The position numbers were made by a program, and so were the translations under genes. Source: Catajapyx aquilonaris (Eukaryota). From it: 35,448 nucleotides of DNA. A model generated the notes under the pieces. It made no database searches, was not told the DNA's origin, and saw only the letters and a program-made list of their open reading frames with translations. The stretch lies in assembly GCA_000934665.2 (NCBI GenBank), contig JYFJ02004026.1, forward strand, positions 1 to 35,448, written 5' to 3'. Below are positions 12,189 through 24,369 of this stretch, one piece after another; position 1 is the stretch's first letter; each line of letters opens with the position of its first letter.

Positions 12189-13276
12189 AGGGATTCGCTA
12201 CACCTACGCTGCCTGTGCAAAAAATAATAAAATCGCAATAAATTCCCTCATACAAAACACAAATCGTGTGGTTGGTATCTCTTTAATATTACAGCAAATG
12301 TAATCCACTTGTATGAAATTACCAGTAAGGAAATTCATGAGCGATTATGTTGCTGCCAAATTTATGTGACGGAATAGCCGAATGTATGTGCAAGGACAGC
12401 AAACTCTACTTTTGAGCCACATACATTTCTATTTCAGTGTTCCGCCTCTTGATTATTCTCATTACACGTGTTATGCATACAAAAATCAACTGGCATAACT
12501 TTGTACCATAACCAACAATCATGAGCATACATTTTTCAACCAAATAAGCACCGGAAATCACATTTAGAACTAACAAACACATAAGTAGAAATGGCAGAAA
12601 ATATCAATCATCATAACAAGACCCAAGTGTCAATCATACGGATCTTATCCAGTTTCACGTAGACTTATTCAACTCAATATTTTAACTGCAAAATGTGCCA
12701 ACACTTTGCAGTTGTCGTACAGAGATTTGCAACTCCACACGGTAAGAACAGCTACTAAACTGAAACAAGCTGGCTCGTACGTTTAAGATTATAGCATACA
12801 AATAATAATAATGTTCTTAGGAACTGAAAGATCACGCATCTGTGATCTGTCATAAAATAAAGTGATGCTTTTATCACAACATGAAAATGGCACGACCAGT
12901 TAGACGCTCATTTAAAACAAACATATTTAAAAAAATAACACAGGTTCTTTCAAAAATTATCTGCACATGTTCTTGGCACAAATGTGAGAGAAATACATTC
13001 GGCAATATTTTTAAACTTGTGCATTTAAAAAAACAACAACATGAAAACTGTTGACTGTAACATTTGTGTACGCATGTGGCAGAAGAAATCATGACAGTAA
13101 GTCATGCCTTTTTACGGAAAAAATCTAAATGAGCAATAATTTTTGAGGTTAATACATCTTTTTGGCAAACATAACCCTTGCCAATCTGAACACCCAAAAT
13201 GACACAACTGTAATAATCATCCGGAATATTTTGACTGCTTGGAACAGGATTCTGCATATGTTTTCTCAGCTGAAAG

Positions 13277-14052
13277 TTACTGCCGCCTCCTTCTGTCAGG
13301 ACTCTTTGACCTTGCCCTGGTCCTCTCCCTTGGAGATGAGCTCCTCCTGGCTGGACGATAACGAGGTGGGCAGAGCTCCCTTCGGAATCTCAGATGGCCC
13401 CTCCACCTTCTGGGTGGTGTTGGTGGAAGCGGGATCCGCCTTGAACCCCACCTTCTTCCTACATAAGGCGGTGGTGCTGGTGGCAGCACTACTGATGACA
13501 AAGCCGGACCTGGTAGGACTTCAACCTCCCAACCATCAATTTGTCCTCCATCCATATGCTTAATAGCCTGTGCTGCTGACTCAGGAAACTCATACTCTAC
13601 GCAGGCATATCTGTTATGCGGATTGTACGAAGAGATGATATCCACACTCTTCACCGTTCCATACGAAGAGAAGATTTCCACCAAATGGTCCTGTAAATAG
13701 TGACAGTTTGTATAATAATTTTCTTTATTAATTCGGAACATCTCACCTTGTTAACGTTCCTTGTAAGGTGCATGACACGTATCTTGGTTGGTTGTGGTAC
13801 TGGCGGCCTCTCTTTGCGGCTTTGAGCATCCTTCTCACTTGTTGGCCTCTCAGCGTCAGAACTGTAGCTCGTCACGGTTGAAGATGAGGTTGTTGAGACC
13901 TCGGATGATGATGAAGAGCTTGAAGAGGATGAAAGGCTGCTGGAAGATGTGGTACTGCTGGAGTCGCTGTCACTTGAGGAATCACTGCTCGAGACATTCT
14001 TCGTCCGTGGCATCCTCTCTGCATCAGTACGTCGCTGCATCGTGCGACTCAT
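13277..14052 (-). CDS. RNPS1: RNPS1-like splicing/EJC factor (Ser-rich domain, RRM, Arg/Pro/Ser tail); exons 14052-13747, 13690-13277; upstream exon donor at 14271
   Basis: Poly-Ser N-terminus, then PTKIRVMHLTRNVNKDHLVEIFSSYG..AIKHMDGGQIDG, matching the RNPS1 RRM. 56-nt GT-AG intron in frame. Confidence 0.8.
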
Positions 14053-14090
14053 ATCTGCAGTTATAATATGCATGTAAATATTGTTCCATT

Positions 14091-14152
14091 GAAGGGCCAT
14101 GCCCTGGTACGGGGTACGAAATAAATAAAATTAAAAAGAAAACAAAAAATAA
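14091..14152 (+). mobile_element. 5'-truncated retroposon tail in an RNPS1-like intron
   Basis: Hairpin AGGGC-cat-GCCCT, ACGGGGTACG and an A-rich tail, flanked by 11-bp TSD ATTGTTCCATT (14080-14090, 14153-14163). Confidence 0.75.
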
Positions 14153-14369
14153 ATTGTTCCATTAACGAAATCTGTTTACACTTTTTGGAACACTTTCCCG
14201 AATGTTATTATATAACACCCCCGTTTCATGTGGAATGTTCTGGAACATTCCATACCCTTCCAGTACTCACCTGGACACAAACAGTGACGAATCCGAGGAC
14301 AATGAACGGCCGTAAAACGAACAAAGATCTCTTCCCAACTCGCAATAAGAACATCGAACTTATGACGAC

Positions 14370-14580
14370 CACCATCTTGAATTCGTGACGTCACATCTGA
14401 CGTCATCTGAGGGCAAAAAAAATACTAGGTTCTCAGCGCCACTTGTGGCGGATCCCTGAAACTGTAGTTCAAATATTAGTAGTTCCAAACGTATCCAACA
14501 GATGCCGCCACCTTACGTGTCAGTTGGCAACACCTTTATTATTTCTCTGTTGGTAACGCTGATTGCAAATGGCGGCGCTC
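14370..14580. promoter_or_regulatory. Putative bidirectional promoter between RNPS1-like and ankyrin genes
   Basis: About 200 bp between divergent first exons. YY1-like AAGATGGTGG (-) and AAATGGCGGC (+), TGACGTCA twice, and TTGGCAACAC (also at 6397). Confidence 0.5.
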
Positions 14581-14854
14581 ATTGAAGTGCTGACAGGTTG
14601 GTTTTTTGTAGGTTTTTGTGGACTGGGTGGACGCTAGGGGCAGGCCCCGGGGCGAGTGGACCCGGGGCGGATGGACAGCCCCGGGGCGAAGTCCTCAGGT
14701 TGATTTATAAGGTAGATAAACACGTGCAAGTACTTCCATGTACTGATAAGTGTGTATGTAGTGTGCTCCATATGGACATTGCTCATGCTTAAATATTAAA
14801 TATTAACAATATTAATTGTCTCTTTACAGTGCTGCCCAGTGTGTGAACCGCCAG

Positions 14855-15724
14855 ATGGGAAACTGCATGTGGTTGCCTTTCATTAGATACTCAAACGATG
14901 ACGTGCATCGTTCGGATGGGAACCGGCCAAGTACCGCCAAGAAAGAAAAGGTATCTTTTTCAGCTAATTTCTTGTCGCATCCGCATTGGTTGCTTCAGGG
15001 CGGAAATTCGCAAACTACATCATGGATTTTTCACTCAGGCGAAGCTGAAGGACTTTATCGGAGCCTGCAAGAAGGGGCGGCTGGAAGTCGTGATGGAACT
15101 GGTTGAGGAGAGCAAAGGGCACGACAGACAGTTGATTCCATTGTTGGAGAGCAAAGGTATGAGCGGGCTTGAGATGGCGGCACAGCACGGAAGGCATGAG
15201 GTGGTCGGCTATCTTCTGAGCAAAGGATGGCCGGCGGACAGGTGCAAAGATAAGTGCCGGGGCTTGACTGCCCTCCACTTGGCTGCCCAGGAGGGACACT
15301 TCTCCGTATGCCAGGCCCTGATTAAGGCTGGAGCACCCGTTACTAAACATGACCAACTCATGGATCAGCCCATTCACTATGCTTCGAGGTCAGGTCACAC
15401 GCAAGTCATTGACTTGCTCATGAAGGGAGGGGTCTCCATGGGTTGTGTCGGTCGCCTCGACAATACGCCCCTACATCTGGCGGCAGGGAGAGGTCACCTG
15501 GACACAGTCGTCATGCTTATCGACAGAGGCGCTGATCCAACGGTGAAGAATGGGCAGGGGATGACTCCACTGGAATGCGCCAAGCTGGCGAGAAGAACCG
15601 AAGTTATCTGCTACCTGGAAGAGGTGAGAGATGCGGCAGGAGGTGTTGACTACCTACCCAAAAATGGCGGTAAGCTCGTCTTAATAAACTGCTTAAATTT
15701 CAGATTGTGAGTGCAGCTCGTTAG
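14855..15724 (+). CDS. Ankyrin-repeat protein, about 233 aa, N-terminal MGNC; coding exons 14855-14950, 15039-15623, 15704-15724
   Basis: About 5-6 ankyrin repeats (GLTALHLAAQEGH, DNTPLHLAAGRGH, GMTPLECA). Phase-0 introns AAG|GT..TCAG|GCG and GAG|GT..TCAG|ATT. Confidence 0.8.
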
Positions 15725-16797
15725 CATTCAGGACAGCTTCAAACCTCATCATATCATATGCTCGTCCAATGCAAGGAGGATTAATCGCAGCATCCATGTT
15801 GTAAATTAAGTGCTGGTTGTACGTTCAATGCCTAATGTTCAAATGTGGAAATGTGTTCAATGTACCTGAAGCCAGTGGCATAGCTAGGGTATGGCAAGTG
15901 TGGCACGTGCCCTGGGTGAAACTTGATGCTCCGTCACATGTCCAAACATTTTGACCGCAACAATTAGTGATGTATTTGCGTAACATCAGTCGTATTCGGC
16001 GACAGACGTTGTGTTCCATACAAGGTTTAATATGTTCAGTTTTAAGTCTGGTTCATGCATGGCTCGCAAGAAAATATCAGACAACATTTCGCAGATATAT
16101 CCAGTAATTTTCGGGGGGTCCAAATTCTTGGACTCGTGATTGATGGAATGCCAACCCATTATTCTGGTTATATTTTTCAGGAAAACCAATAACGTAGACG
16201 CATTCTCCTCGACTTTCTCTTTCATTGGATATATTATATGTTTGTTGCGCAATTTCAGTGCTTGCCATATGTGCTATTATCCATAGATATGCCACTGCCT
16301 GGATCATAATTTGTGATAATTTGTCATTCATGTATTCAGTGTCGCTACCCAACATCATTAGATATGGTTTATCATAATTGAAGGTGATCATATGCTTCCA
16401 ATATGTTTTTATTTATTTTCGGGTCTAATTAATACTAACAAGCAAATCTGCCGCTGTTGGTAGTTTCGGCAGGGAAGGCTCTTCTAATCTGCCGACGAGA
16501 TGTCCGTTGTTCCTAGTATTTGCCGTTCATGCACTTCTTCATGCACTGGCGGTATTTACCTGAAATAAATTATGGCAGCGTTACATACTGATTGTTAACA
16601 GCAATTGCTCATTACCCGATTTCACACTTGACAGTACAGTAATGAAATCAGCATAAATGATCAGTGTTCATTGATTACAAATTGGCATTGTGACTAGTGA
16701 TCAGTGAAGCTAATTTGTATGTGGCTGCTCATTCATTGTTTCAGTAAGTTAAAGGAGTCGATTACTTACATCTGGTAGCGGCAAGGTGGGAATATCA

Positions 16798-18449
16798 CTA
16801 GAATCCATGGGCAAATCCATGGCGACGTTGGTGACCTCCCAAGTTCATGGCCCTTTTTCCATCTCGGAAGAGACCCTTTTCGGCTTTCAACAACTTGGAT
16901 CCCACGCGGCCCAGAATATTCTCCTCAGAAGATGAGCTGGAGCTACTGCTGGAGCTACTACTGCTGCTGCTTGAGCTACTGTGATGACGAGCCTTTGGAT
17001 GTCTCGTGGTGTGTTTAGGTCCGTGGTGACCAGGTCGTGTAGGCTTGGTTACTGGACGTTTTGTGGTGGGTGTGTGTCCTGGTCTCCTAGTTGAGCTCCT
17101 TGGGTGATGTTCTTCCGAGCTTGAGCTTGAGCTTGAACTGGAACTGGAGCTATGCCCATGTCCTGGCCGCTTTGTGGTGTGTTTGGTAGGGTGATGCGTG
17201 GTTGGCTTAGATGGTTTTCTGGTGGTTGGCTTAGTACTCGGTTGCCCCGTGGTGGGTTTGGTTGTAGGTTTGGTAGTGGGTCGCCTTGTGGTCGAGGTGC
17301 TTTTTGGACTATGTTCTTCTGAACTGGAGCTGGAACTGGAGCTGGAACTACTCCCACTGTCTCCAGATCCTGGCCGTTTTGTGGTGTGTTTGGTAGGATG
17401 ATGCGTAGTTGGCTTAGATGGTTTTCCTGTGGTTGGCTTAGTACTAGGTCGTCCTGTGGTGGGTTTGGTCGTAGGTTTGGTTGTGGGTCGTCTTGTGGTC
17501 GATGTACTTTTTATATCATGTTCTTCTGAACTGGAGCTGGAGCTAGAACTACTTCCACTGTCTCCAGATCCTGGCCGCTTTGTAGTGGGTTTGGTAGGAC
17601 GACCTGTGGTTCCAGGATGTCCAGTGGTAGGCTTGGTTCCAGGACGGCCGGTTGTAGGCTTGGTGCTAGGTTTCCCTGTGGTGGGTTTGGTTCCTGGTTG
17701 TTTGGTTGTAGGCTTGGTACTGGGTCGCCTTGTGGTCGATGTGCTTTTTGGGCCATCTTCTTCTGAACTGGAGCTGGAACTGGAGCTGGAGCTGGAACTA
17801 CTCCCACTGTCTCCAGATCCTGGCCCCTTCGTAGTGGGTTTGGTAGGACGACCTGTGGTTCCAGGATGTCCAGTGGTAGGCTTGGTGCTAGGTTTCTCTG
17901 TGGTGGGTTTGGTTGTGGGTCGCCTTGTGGTTGATGTGCTTTTTGGACCATGTTCTTCTGAACTGGAGCTGGAACTGGAACTACTTCCACTGTCTCCAGA
18001 TCCTGGCTGCTTTGTGGTAGGCTTTATGGTTGTTGAACTGGATCCAGGCTTCTTAGTGGTTGAAGTGGTTCCAGGTTTATTGGTGGTTGAAGTAGACCCA
18101 GGCTTGTTAGTGGTTGAAGTGGATCCAGGTTTTGTTGTCGTGGGTGTGGATCCAGGTCGATCTGTTGTACATTTAGTTCCAGGTTGGCTTGTGGTTGGCA
18201 TAGATCCTGGAGAACTTGTGCTGGAAGTCTCTGGCTGTTTAGTTGATGATTTACCTTCGTGAGATCCAGATTCCGAGCTGCTTGATGAGGACGATCCTCG
18301 ACGATCTGTAAGTGCAAATATGATTAAAGTTAATGTTGAATTGTAATCACCATTTTACAGGTCTTACCTGGATCATCTTGAGCGGATCCAGCTGCGATCA
18401 GTCCAATCACAACCAAGCAGAACACCACTTTCCTGATCTTTGAAGCCAT
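16798..18449 (-). CDS. Secreted mucin/glue-like Thr-Lys-Pro protein with poly-Ser-EE blocks, copy 1, 529 aa (exons 18449-18368, 18305-16798)
   Basis: Signal-peptide exon MASKIRKVVFCLVVIGLIAAGSAQDDP, 62-nt phase-1 intron, long repeat ORF with 6 S(n)EE blocks. CAATAAAAGG TATA-like box near 18505. Confidence 0.9.
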
Positions 18450-18754
18450 GTTGAGGTCCAGATCCCACTGCTGAGTGTGAGGATTAACCTAGGGACTCCG
18501 GCCTTTTATTGCCACAATTGCTAGGTACGTAATCAGTTGATATACGGTACGTCACACCTGGTTGGTTTACGGGCGGACATGAACATGTGCGAGCAGGAAT
18601 TACCATTTTGCTTGTACTGTACGTCTGTACTGGGGCGATTTATTACTACAGAAATGTCACACTCTTGCAATGAATGGCTGTGAACAATGTAGGAAAATTC
18701 TGAGCAGACATTTTTCTACCAGATTGAGTGATAGACTGATAGAGGAAACATGTC

Positions 18755-18906
18755 AGGTGTGTTTACATGTGAGCGATTTGAACAACGAAATCTTCACCGA
18801 GGCTGAAATCAACAATCGATTTTCGCCTCAAACCATATTGATTACTTGGGTTACTCAGCCACGGCGAACGTATCGCTCGTCAAATCGCTCACATGTAAGC
18901 GCAGCT
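18755..18906. mobile_element. PIF/Harbinger-like MITE (second copy at 24675-24826)
   Basis: Long imperfect inverted arms GTTTACATGTGAGCGATTTGA..TCAAATCGCTCACATGTAA. Superfamily assignment is tentative. Confidence 0.55.
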
Positions 18907-19856
18907 TCATAACCTACAATAGCATTACCCATAAGCAAAAATTGAAAATATCAACCATCAAAATCAAACCCAAGTATTAATATTTCGGATCTTATCCAGT
19001 TTCACTAAGACCTATTCAACTTCATGCGTTAACAATTTAACTGGCAAACTTGGAAAGGCCATAAGTAAAATATGTTATAGCAGTTGTATATCTATATCTA
19101 TAAACTAGCAGCGGTACCCGTTCTTCGCACGGGGAAAAAAAGAGCGTGGATAATTACACAGAAATCTTCTTAGATCTCAAGCAATATTAAATGCAAAACT
19201 GCTCATTCCCTTGCATAATTATGTAGGCGCTGGAAGGGTGTAAAAATGCTGGTTTGTTTGCGTAATAAAGAGCCACGCAACTATGGCTATGTGGTTTTCA
19301 GAATACAAAAAGGTGGGACAGATGGAGAGAGAAACAAAGAGGAAAAAGAAGAGAGGAAAGACTGGTATCTCTCTTAGTCCGTCTCCTATCCCAAAGACAT
19401 GTCCAACTTGGGCGGCCCTACCAGTAGACGAAACTACCGCCGGCATAGCTCTTCAGGATCATGAGAAAACGCATGCCCACCACCACGGCAAGGTGGAGAT
19501 ACATTGGGGGAAGGGGCCATTAAAAAATTTGGATAAAGAAATTGGGGGAAGTGCAAAATTTGAAACCATTTATAGGCCTGTTTCTATGGTAATCACCAAC
19601 AAAATTCTGTTGCCACAGGCAAACAAATGTTATTTTTTTGCTTTACATACGTAGATTATCAAAATATGTTATTTATTAAATAATTTATAGCAGCAAACCC
19701 GTGTGTAGTGTCTGGTACATATGTTGAACCTGGTGTCAGTCAACGTACACACAGAAGTGATCGAAAGCGGAGGGATAATTGGACAGTGTTATGCAATAAT
19801 GGGTCAACCCACAAAAATGTCAAAATTGAGCCAAGCCCAGGAACATACACCCAAAG

Positions 19857-19930
19857 CAGAGGTTCTTAACCTTTTCGGGCCTCCGCACCCCTTTGTAGAC
19901 AATATATTGGTCCTTGTCGCACCCCCTATA
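19857..19930 (+). mobile_element. hAT-Charlie-like terminal fragment
   Basis: CAGAGGTTCTTAACCTTTT resembles Charlie-type TIRs; no partner end found. Confidence 0.4.
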
Positions 19931-20387
19931 CCAGGGGTGATTGATTACGTTCATTACGCCATTCCACATTAACGCCGGTTTGAAAATGACATAAAATTTT
20001 TAAAGTGAAAAATTGTGATAACGTGGAAATTATGATAGCCTGCTGGTTGTGAAGTGGCCAAGAAAGATTTCCCATGCGGGAAGTACCCGTTTTATGCCGC
20101 TCCATTTTACGCCGTTTCGCATTAACCCTGGTTTTAAAATTACATTTGAAAATTTTGTATCAGAATTTTTTTAAAAAATATTTGATGACAACACAATCTG
20201 AACATGAAGGCATCACTTCAACACTTCTGATGAGACCAAACGGACGAACGTATACCTGCTCTTCTTTCCTCTGTGCCTTGTGGCAGGTTCTATCGATATA
20301 TGAACTGTGCAGTACTGTATTGTTCGGTATTGTTGATCTCGGCACTCCCCGAAGTACTCCAACCGTTAATTATTGTTACAATACCCT

Positions 20388-20549
20388 ACGTGTCAAGGGG
20401 GGTAATCACTCGACTGAAAAGTGTACACTGGAGTACCAAATTCAAGGAGTACCACGGAGTAATAAAGAGTGAGGTGTCTGAGGAGTACCAGGGATTACCA
20501 CTCCCAGGTGTACACCGGAGTACCGTAGTGATTACCCCCTTGCTACGTG
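20388..20549. mobile_element. Small MITE-like inverted-repeat element
   Basis: CAAGGGGGTAATCACT..AGTGATTACCCCCTTG inverted termini with internal GGAGTACC repeats. Confidence 0.5.
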
Positions 20550-20826
20550 TACTGCAATTATTATTCTTGCCAACCTGCCCGTTGTTCTATTGTTTTCATT
20601 GTTGAATATGCAATGTTGATTTCATTTTAGAACGTGAGTGAGAGAGGCAGATCCATCCTTTGGGCTTGTTGACAGCCAGGGTTGCTAGGCAATTGCTTAA
20701 TCTGCTGAAAACCCCCCGTAGACTCAAAAGAGTTCGAGTTTGGGACTTTTCTCGTGGTCAGTGATATGTAAGACATGGCTCTGAGAAATTTGAGCGCTCT
20801 CCGTACCCGGGAAGTGGCTTAATTAG

Positions 20827-22257
20827 CAGTGGCGGAGCCAGGAGGGTGCTAGGGGGTGCGCAAGCACCCCTTTGAATAACCTCCGCACCCCCTTTCGCAC
20901 ACCTAAAAACGTGTCAAATAAAAGAGCAATTTTTAAAAAAATGTTCAGTACGCATTTTCCGGTCGGCACTTTAATGCAGTAAGTATAGGCTATACAGTAC
21001 GCTACAGGGTATATACAGGGAGCATATCACATGGTGAGTCCGTAACCACTAACCAGGCATGGGCGAATCTGACTCAACAGCTAGCAAACTGCCGTCCATC
21101 ATTATTGCAGAACCCATGCAGCGCGGGGGAGAGGGGGGGGGGGGGGGNACTCGAAAAGGCCGTGTTTCAAGCAGACTTTGGCTTTGAGTTACAGACAGGC
21201 ACCGCTCCGGTACCGCTCTCTCATCTAGGGATGGTTGCGACGGGTCCACCAGATGCAACAACCCATCTGGAGATACCGGAAGGATGGCAGTTGTACAGTT
21301 CGATTTATGAAGCTTGTTAGAACGATCACGGGGTAGGCTAGTCCTGCTCAAAGGTATATAGGTCAGCATTTCTTCACCGAGAAGTGACACTTGACAAATC
21401 ACGGTACTTCGTTCCTGTTCCTAATGGCCCACGCGCACCTTTGCTGGAATAATAATAATAAAAGGACACAATAATAAATAACAAAAAATTCAACAACCCC
21501 GGGTACTTTTATGGGCGTCTCTTTGCATTTCTGCCAACAATACGAATCTCCTGGTGTCGGAAACATTTGCATAGTGATTCGTGCTGAAGACAAGCACCAG
21601 CATGATAGGGTTACTTTTTTTGTCTTCAGTGTAATAGTAATATTATGCTGGCGCTATTTGTGACATATCTGTCACGAATCACGTATGCAAAATAATGTTT
21701 CCGACACCAGGAGATTCGTATTTGTTGTCCGAAATGCAATAACGAGACGCCCATAAAAGTACCCGGTGTTGTTCAATTTTTTGTTACTTATTATTGTGTC
21801 CATTATTATTATTCCAGCAAAGGTGCGCCATTAGGAACAGGAACGAAGTTCCGTGATTTGTCAAGTGTCACTTCTAGGTGAATAAATCCTGACCTGTACG
21901 CCTACCTTTGAGCAGGACTTATACCCCGCGATCGTTCTAACAAGCTTCATAAATCGTACAACTGCCCTCCTTCCGATGCATGTTTCTCCGGAATGTTGCA
22001 TCCGGTGGACCCCCCCCGAAATGTTTTAAATAGCATTAGAAATTACTAATTCCTGATTTATTTATTTTTGAAAAAGTGCTACCAATTTCATCAAATACAC
22101 ACCCATTCAAATTTCACATATTCACCTAAACTCGTGTGACCTTGAACCCCCAAAAATTCCCCCCCCCCCCCNCCCCCCCCCAAAATCGAAGCATCTCTTG
22201 CTAACGTTCGAGTCCCTTAACCGCACCCCTTGATATCTGAGGCTGGCTCCGCCACTG
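20827..22257. mobile_element. Non-autonomous hAT element
   Basis: Perfect 15-bp TIR CAGTGGCGGAGCCAG / CTGGCTCCGCCACTG with perfect 8-bp TSD TTAATTAG (20819-20826, 22258-22265). Confidence 0.9.
21242..22012. repeat. Foldback element: about 340-bp inverted arms with about 90-bp spacer
   Basis: 21242-21583 is an imperfect reverse complement of 21673-22012; termini GGGTCCACC / GGTGGACCC. Confidence 0.85.
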
Positions 22258-22837
22258 TTAATTAGGCGTGACATACATTAATACGTACAAATATTGAGCT
22301 TTATATATATGGGGATTATCCATAGATATGCCACTGCCTGGATCATAATTTGTGATAATTTGTCATTCATGTATTCAGTGTCGCTACCCAACATCACCAG
22401 ATATGGTTTATCATAATTGAAGGTGATCATATGCTTCCAATATGTTTTTATTTATTTTCGGGTCTAATTAATACTAACAAGCAAATCTGCCGCTGTTGGT
22501 AGTTTCGGCAGGCAGGGCTCTTCTAATCTGCCGACGAGATGTCTGTTGTTCCTAGTCTTTCCCGTTCATGCACTTCTTCATGCACTGGCGGTGTTTACCT
22601 GAAATAAATTATGGCAGCGTTACATACTGATTGTTAACAGCAATGGCTCATTACCCGATTTCACACTTGACAAGTAGAGCAATGAAATCAGCATAAATGA
22701 TCAGTGTTCATTGAGTACAAATTGGCATTGTGACTAGTGATCAGTGAAGCTAATTTGTATGTGGCTGCTCATTCATTGTTTCAGTAAGTTAAAGGAGTCG
22801 ATTACTTACATCCGGTAGCGGCAAGGTTGGAGTATCA

Positions 22838-24369
22838 CTAGAATCCGTGGGCAAATCCACGGCGACGTTGGTGACCTCCCCAGTTCATGGCCCTTTTTCC
22901 ATCTCGGAAGAGACCCTTTTCGGCCTGCAACAACTTGGATCCCACGCGGCCCAGAATATTCTCCTCAGAAGATGAGCTGGAGCTACTGCTGCTACTGCTG
23001 CTGCTGCTGCTTGAGCTACTGTGATGCCGAGCCTTTGGCTGTCTGGTGGTGTGTTTAGGTCCGTGGTGGCCAGGTCGTGTAGGCTTGGTTACAGGCCGTT
23101 TTGTGGTGGGTGTGTGTCCTGTTCTCCTAGTTGAGCTCCTTGGGTGATGTTCTTCCGAGCTTGAGCTTGAGCTTGAACTGGAACTGGAGCTATGCCCATG
23201 TCCTGGCCGCTTTGTGGTGTGTTTGGTAGGGTGATGCGTGGTTGGCTTAGATGGTTTTCTGGTGGTTGGCTTAGTACTAGGTCGCCCCGTGGTGGGTTTG
23301 GTTGTAGGTTTGGTAGTGGGTCGCCTTGTGGTCGAGGTGCTTTTTGGACTATGTTCTTCTGAACTGGAGCTGGAGCTGGAGCTGGAGCTGGAGCTGGAGC
23401 TGGAACTACTCCCACTGTCTCCAGATCCTGGCCGTTTTGTGGTGTGTTTGGTAGGATGATGTATAGTTGGCTTAGATGGTTTTCCTGTTGTTGGCTTAGT
23501 ACTAGGTCGTCCTGTGGTGGGTTTGGTTGTGGGTCGCCTTGTGGTCGATGTACTTTTTGGATCATGTTCTTCTGAACTGGAGCTGGAGCTGGAGCTGGAG
23601 CTGGAGCTAGAACTACTTCCACTGTCTTCAGATCCTGGCCGCTTTGTAGTGGGTTTGGTAGGACGACCTGTGGTTCCAGGATGTCCAGTGGTAGGCTTGG
23701 TACTAGGTTTTCCTGTGGTTACAGGATGTCCGGTGGTAGGCTTGGTGCTAGGTTTCCCTGTGGTGGGTTTGGTTGTGGGTCGCCTTGTGGTCGATGTGCT
23801 TTTTTGATCATGTTCTTCTGAACTGGAGCTGGAGCTGGAGCTGGAACTACTTCCACTGTCTCCAGATCCTGGCTGCTTTGTGGTAGGCTTTATGGTTGTT
23901 GAACTGGATCCAGGCTTCTTAGTGGTTGAAGTTGTTCCAGGCTTGTCGGTGGTTGAAGTGGTTCCAGGTTTATTGGTGGTTGAAGTTGACCCAGGCTTGT
24001 TAGTGGTTGAAGTGGTTCCAGGCTTGATGGTTGTTGAACTGGATCCGGGTTTTGTTGTCGTGGGTGTGGATCCAGGTCGATCTGTTGTACATTTAGTTCC
24101 AGGTTGGCTTGTAGTTGGCATAGAACCTGGAGAACTTGTGCTGGAAGTCTCTGGAGGTTTAGTTGATGATTTGCCTTCGTGAGATCCAGATTCCGAGCTG
24201 CTTGATGAGGACGATCCTCGACGATCTGTAAGTGCAAATATGATTAAAGTTAATTTCGAATTGTAATCACCATTTTACAGGTCTTACCTGGATCATCTTG
24301 AGCGGATCCAGCTGCGATCAGTCCAATCACAACCAAGCAGAACACCACTGTCCTGATCTGTGAAGCCAT
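22838..24369 (-). CDS. Secreted mucin/glue-like protein, copy 2, 489 aa (exons 24369-24288, 24225-22838)
   Basis: Near-identical signal exon, intron and C-terminus to copy 1; 5 S(n)EE blocks. Confidence 0.9.

Larger units (their letters stand above)
19105..22315 (-). mobile_element. Non-autonomous Helitron (family B) with nested insertions
   Basis: The minus strand starts TCCCCATATATATAAAGCTCAA and ends with hairpin CCCGT..ACGGG plus CTAG. Flanked A|..|T; both ends coincide with breaks in paralogue homology. Confidence 0.7.

Noticed and set aside
14898..15038. N-terminus of the 270-aa ORF (MTCIVRM..)
   Set aside because: Better explained as read-through of intron 14951-15038; the spliced MGNC start fits canonical junctions.
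19105..22315. Transposase or Rep/helicase coding within the Helitron or hAT
   Set aside because: Only short ORFs without catalytic motifs; the elements are non-autonomous.
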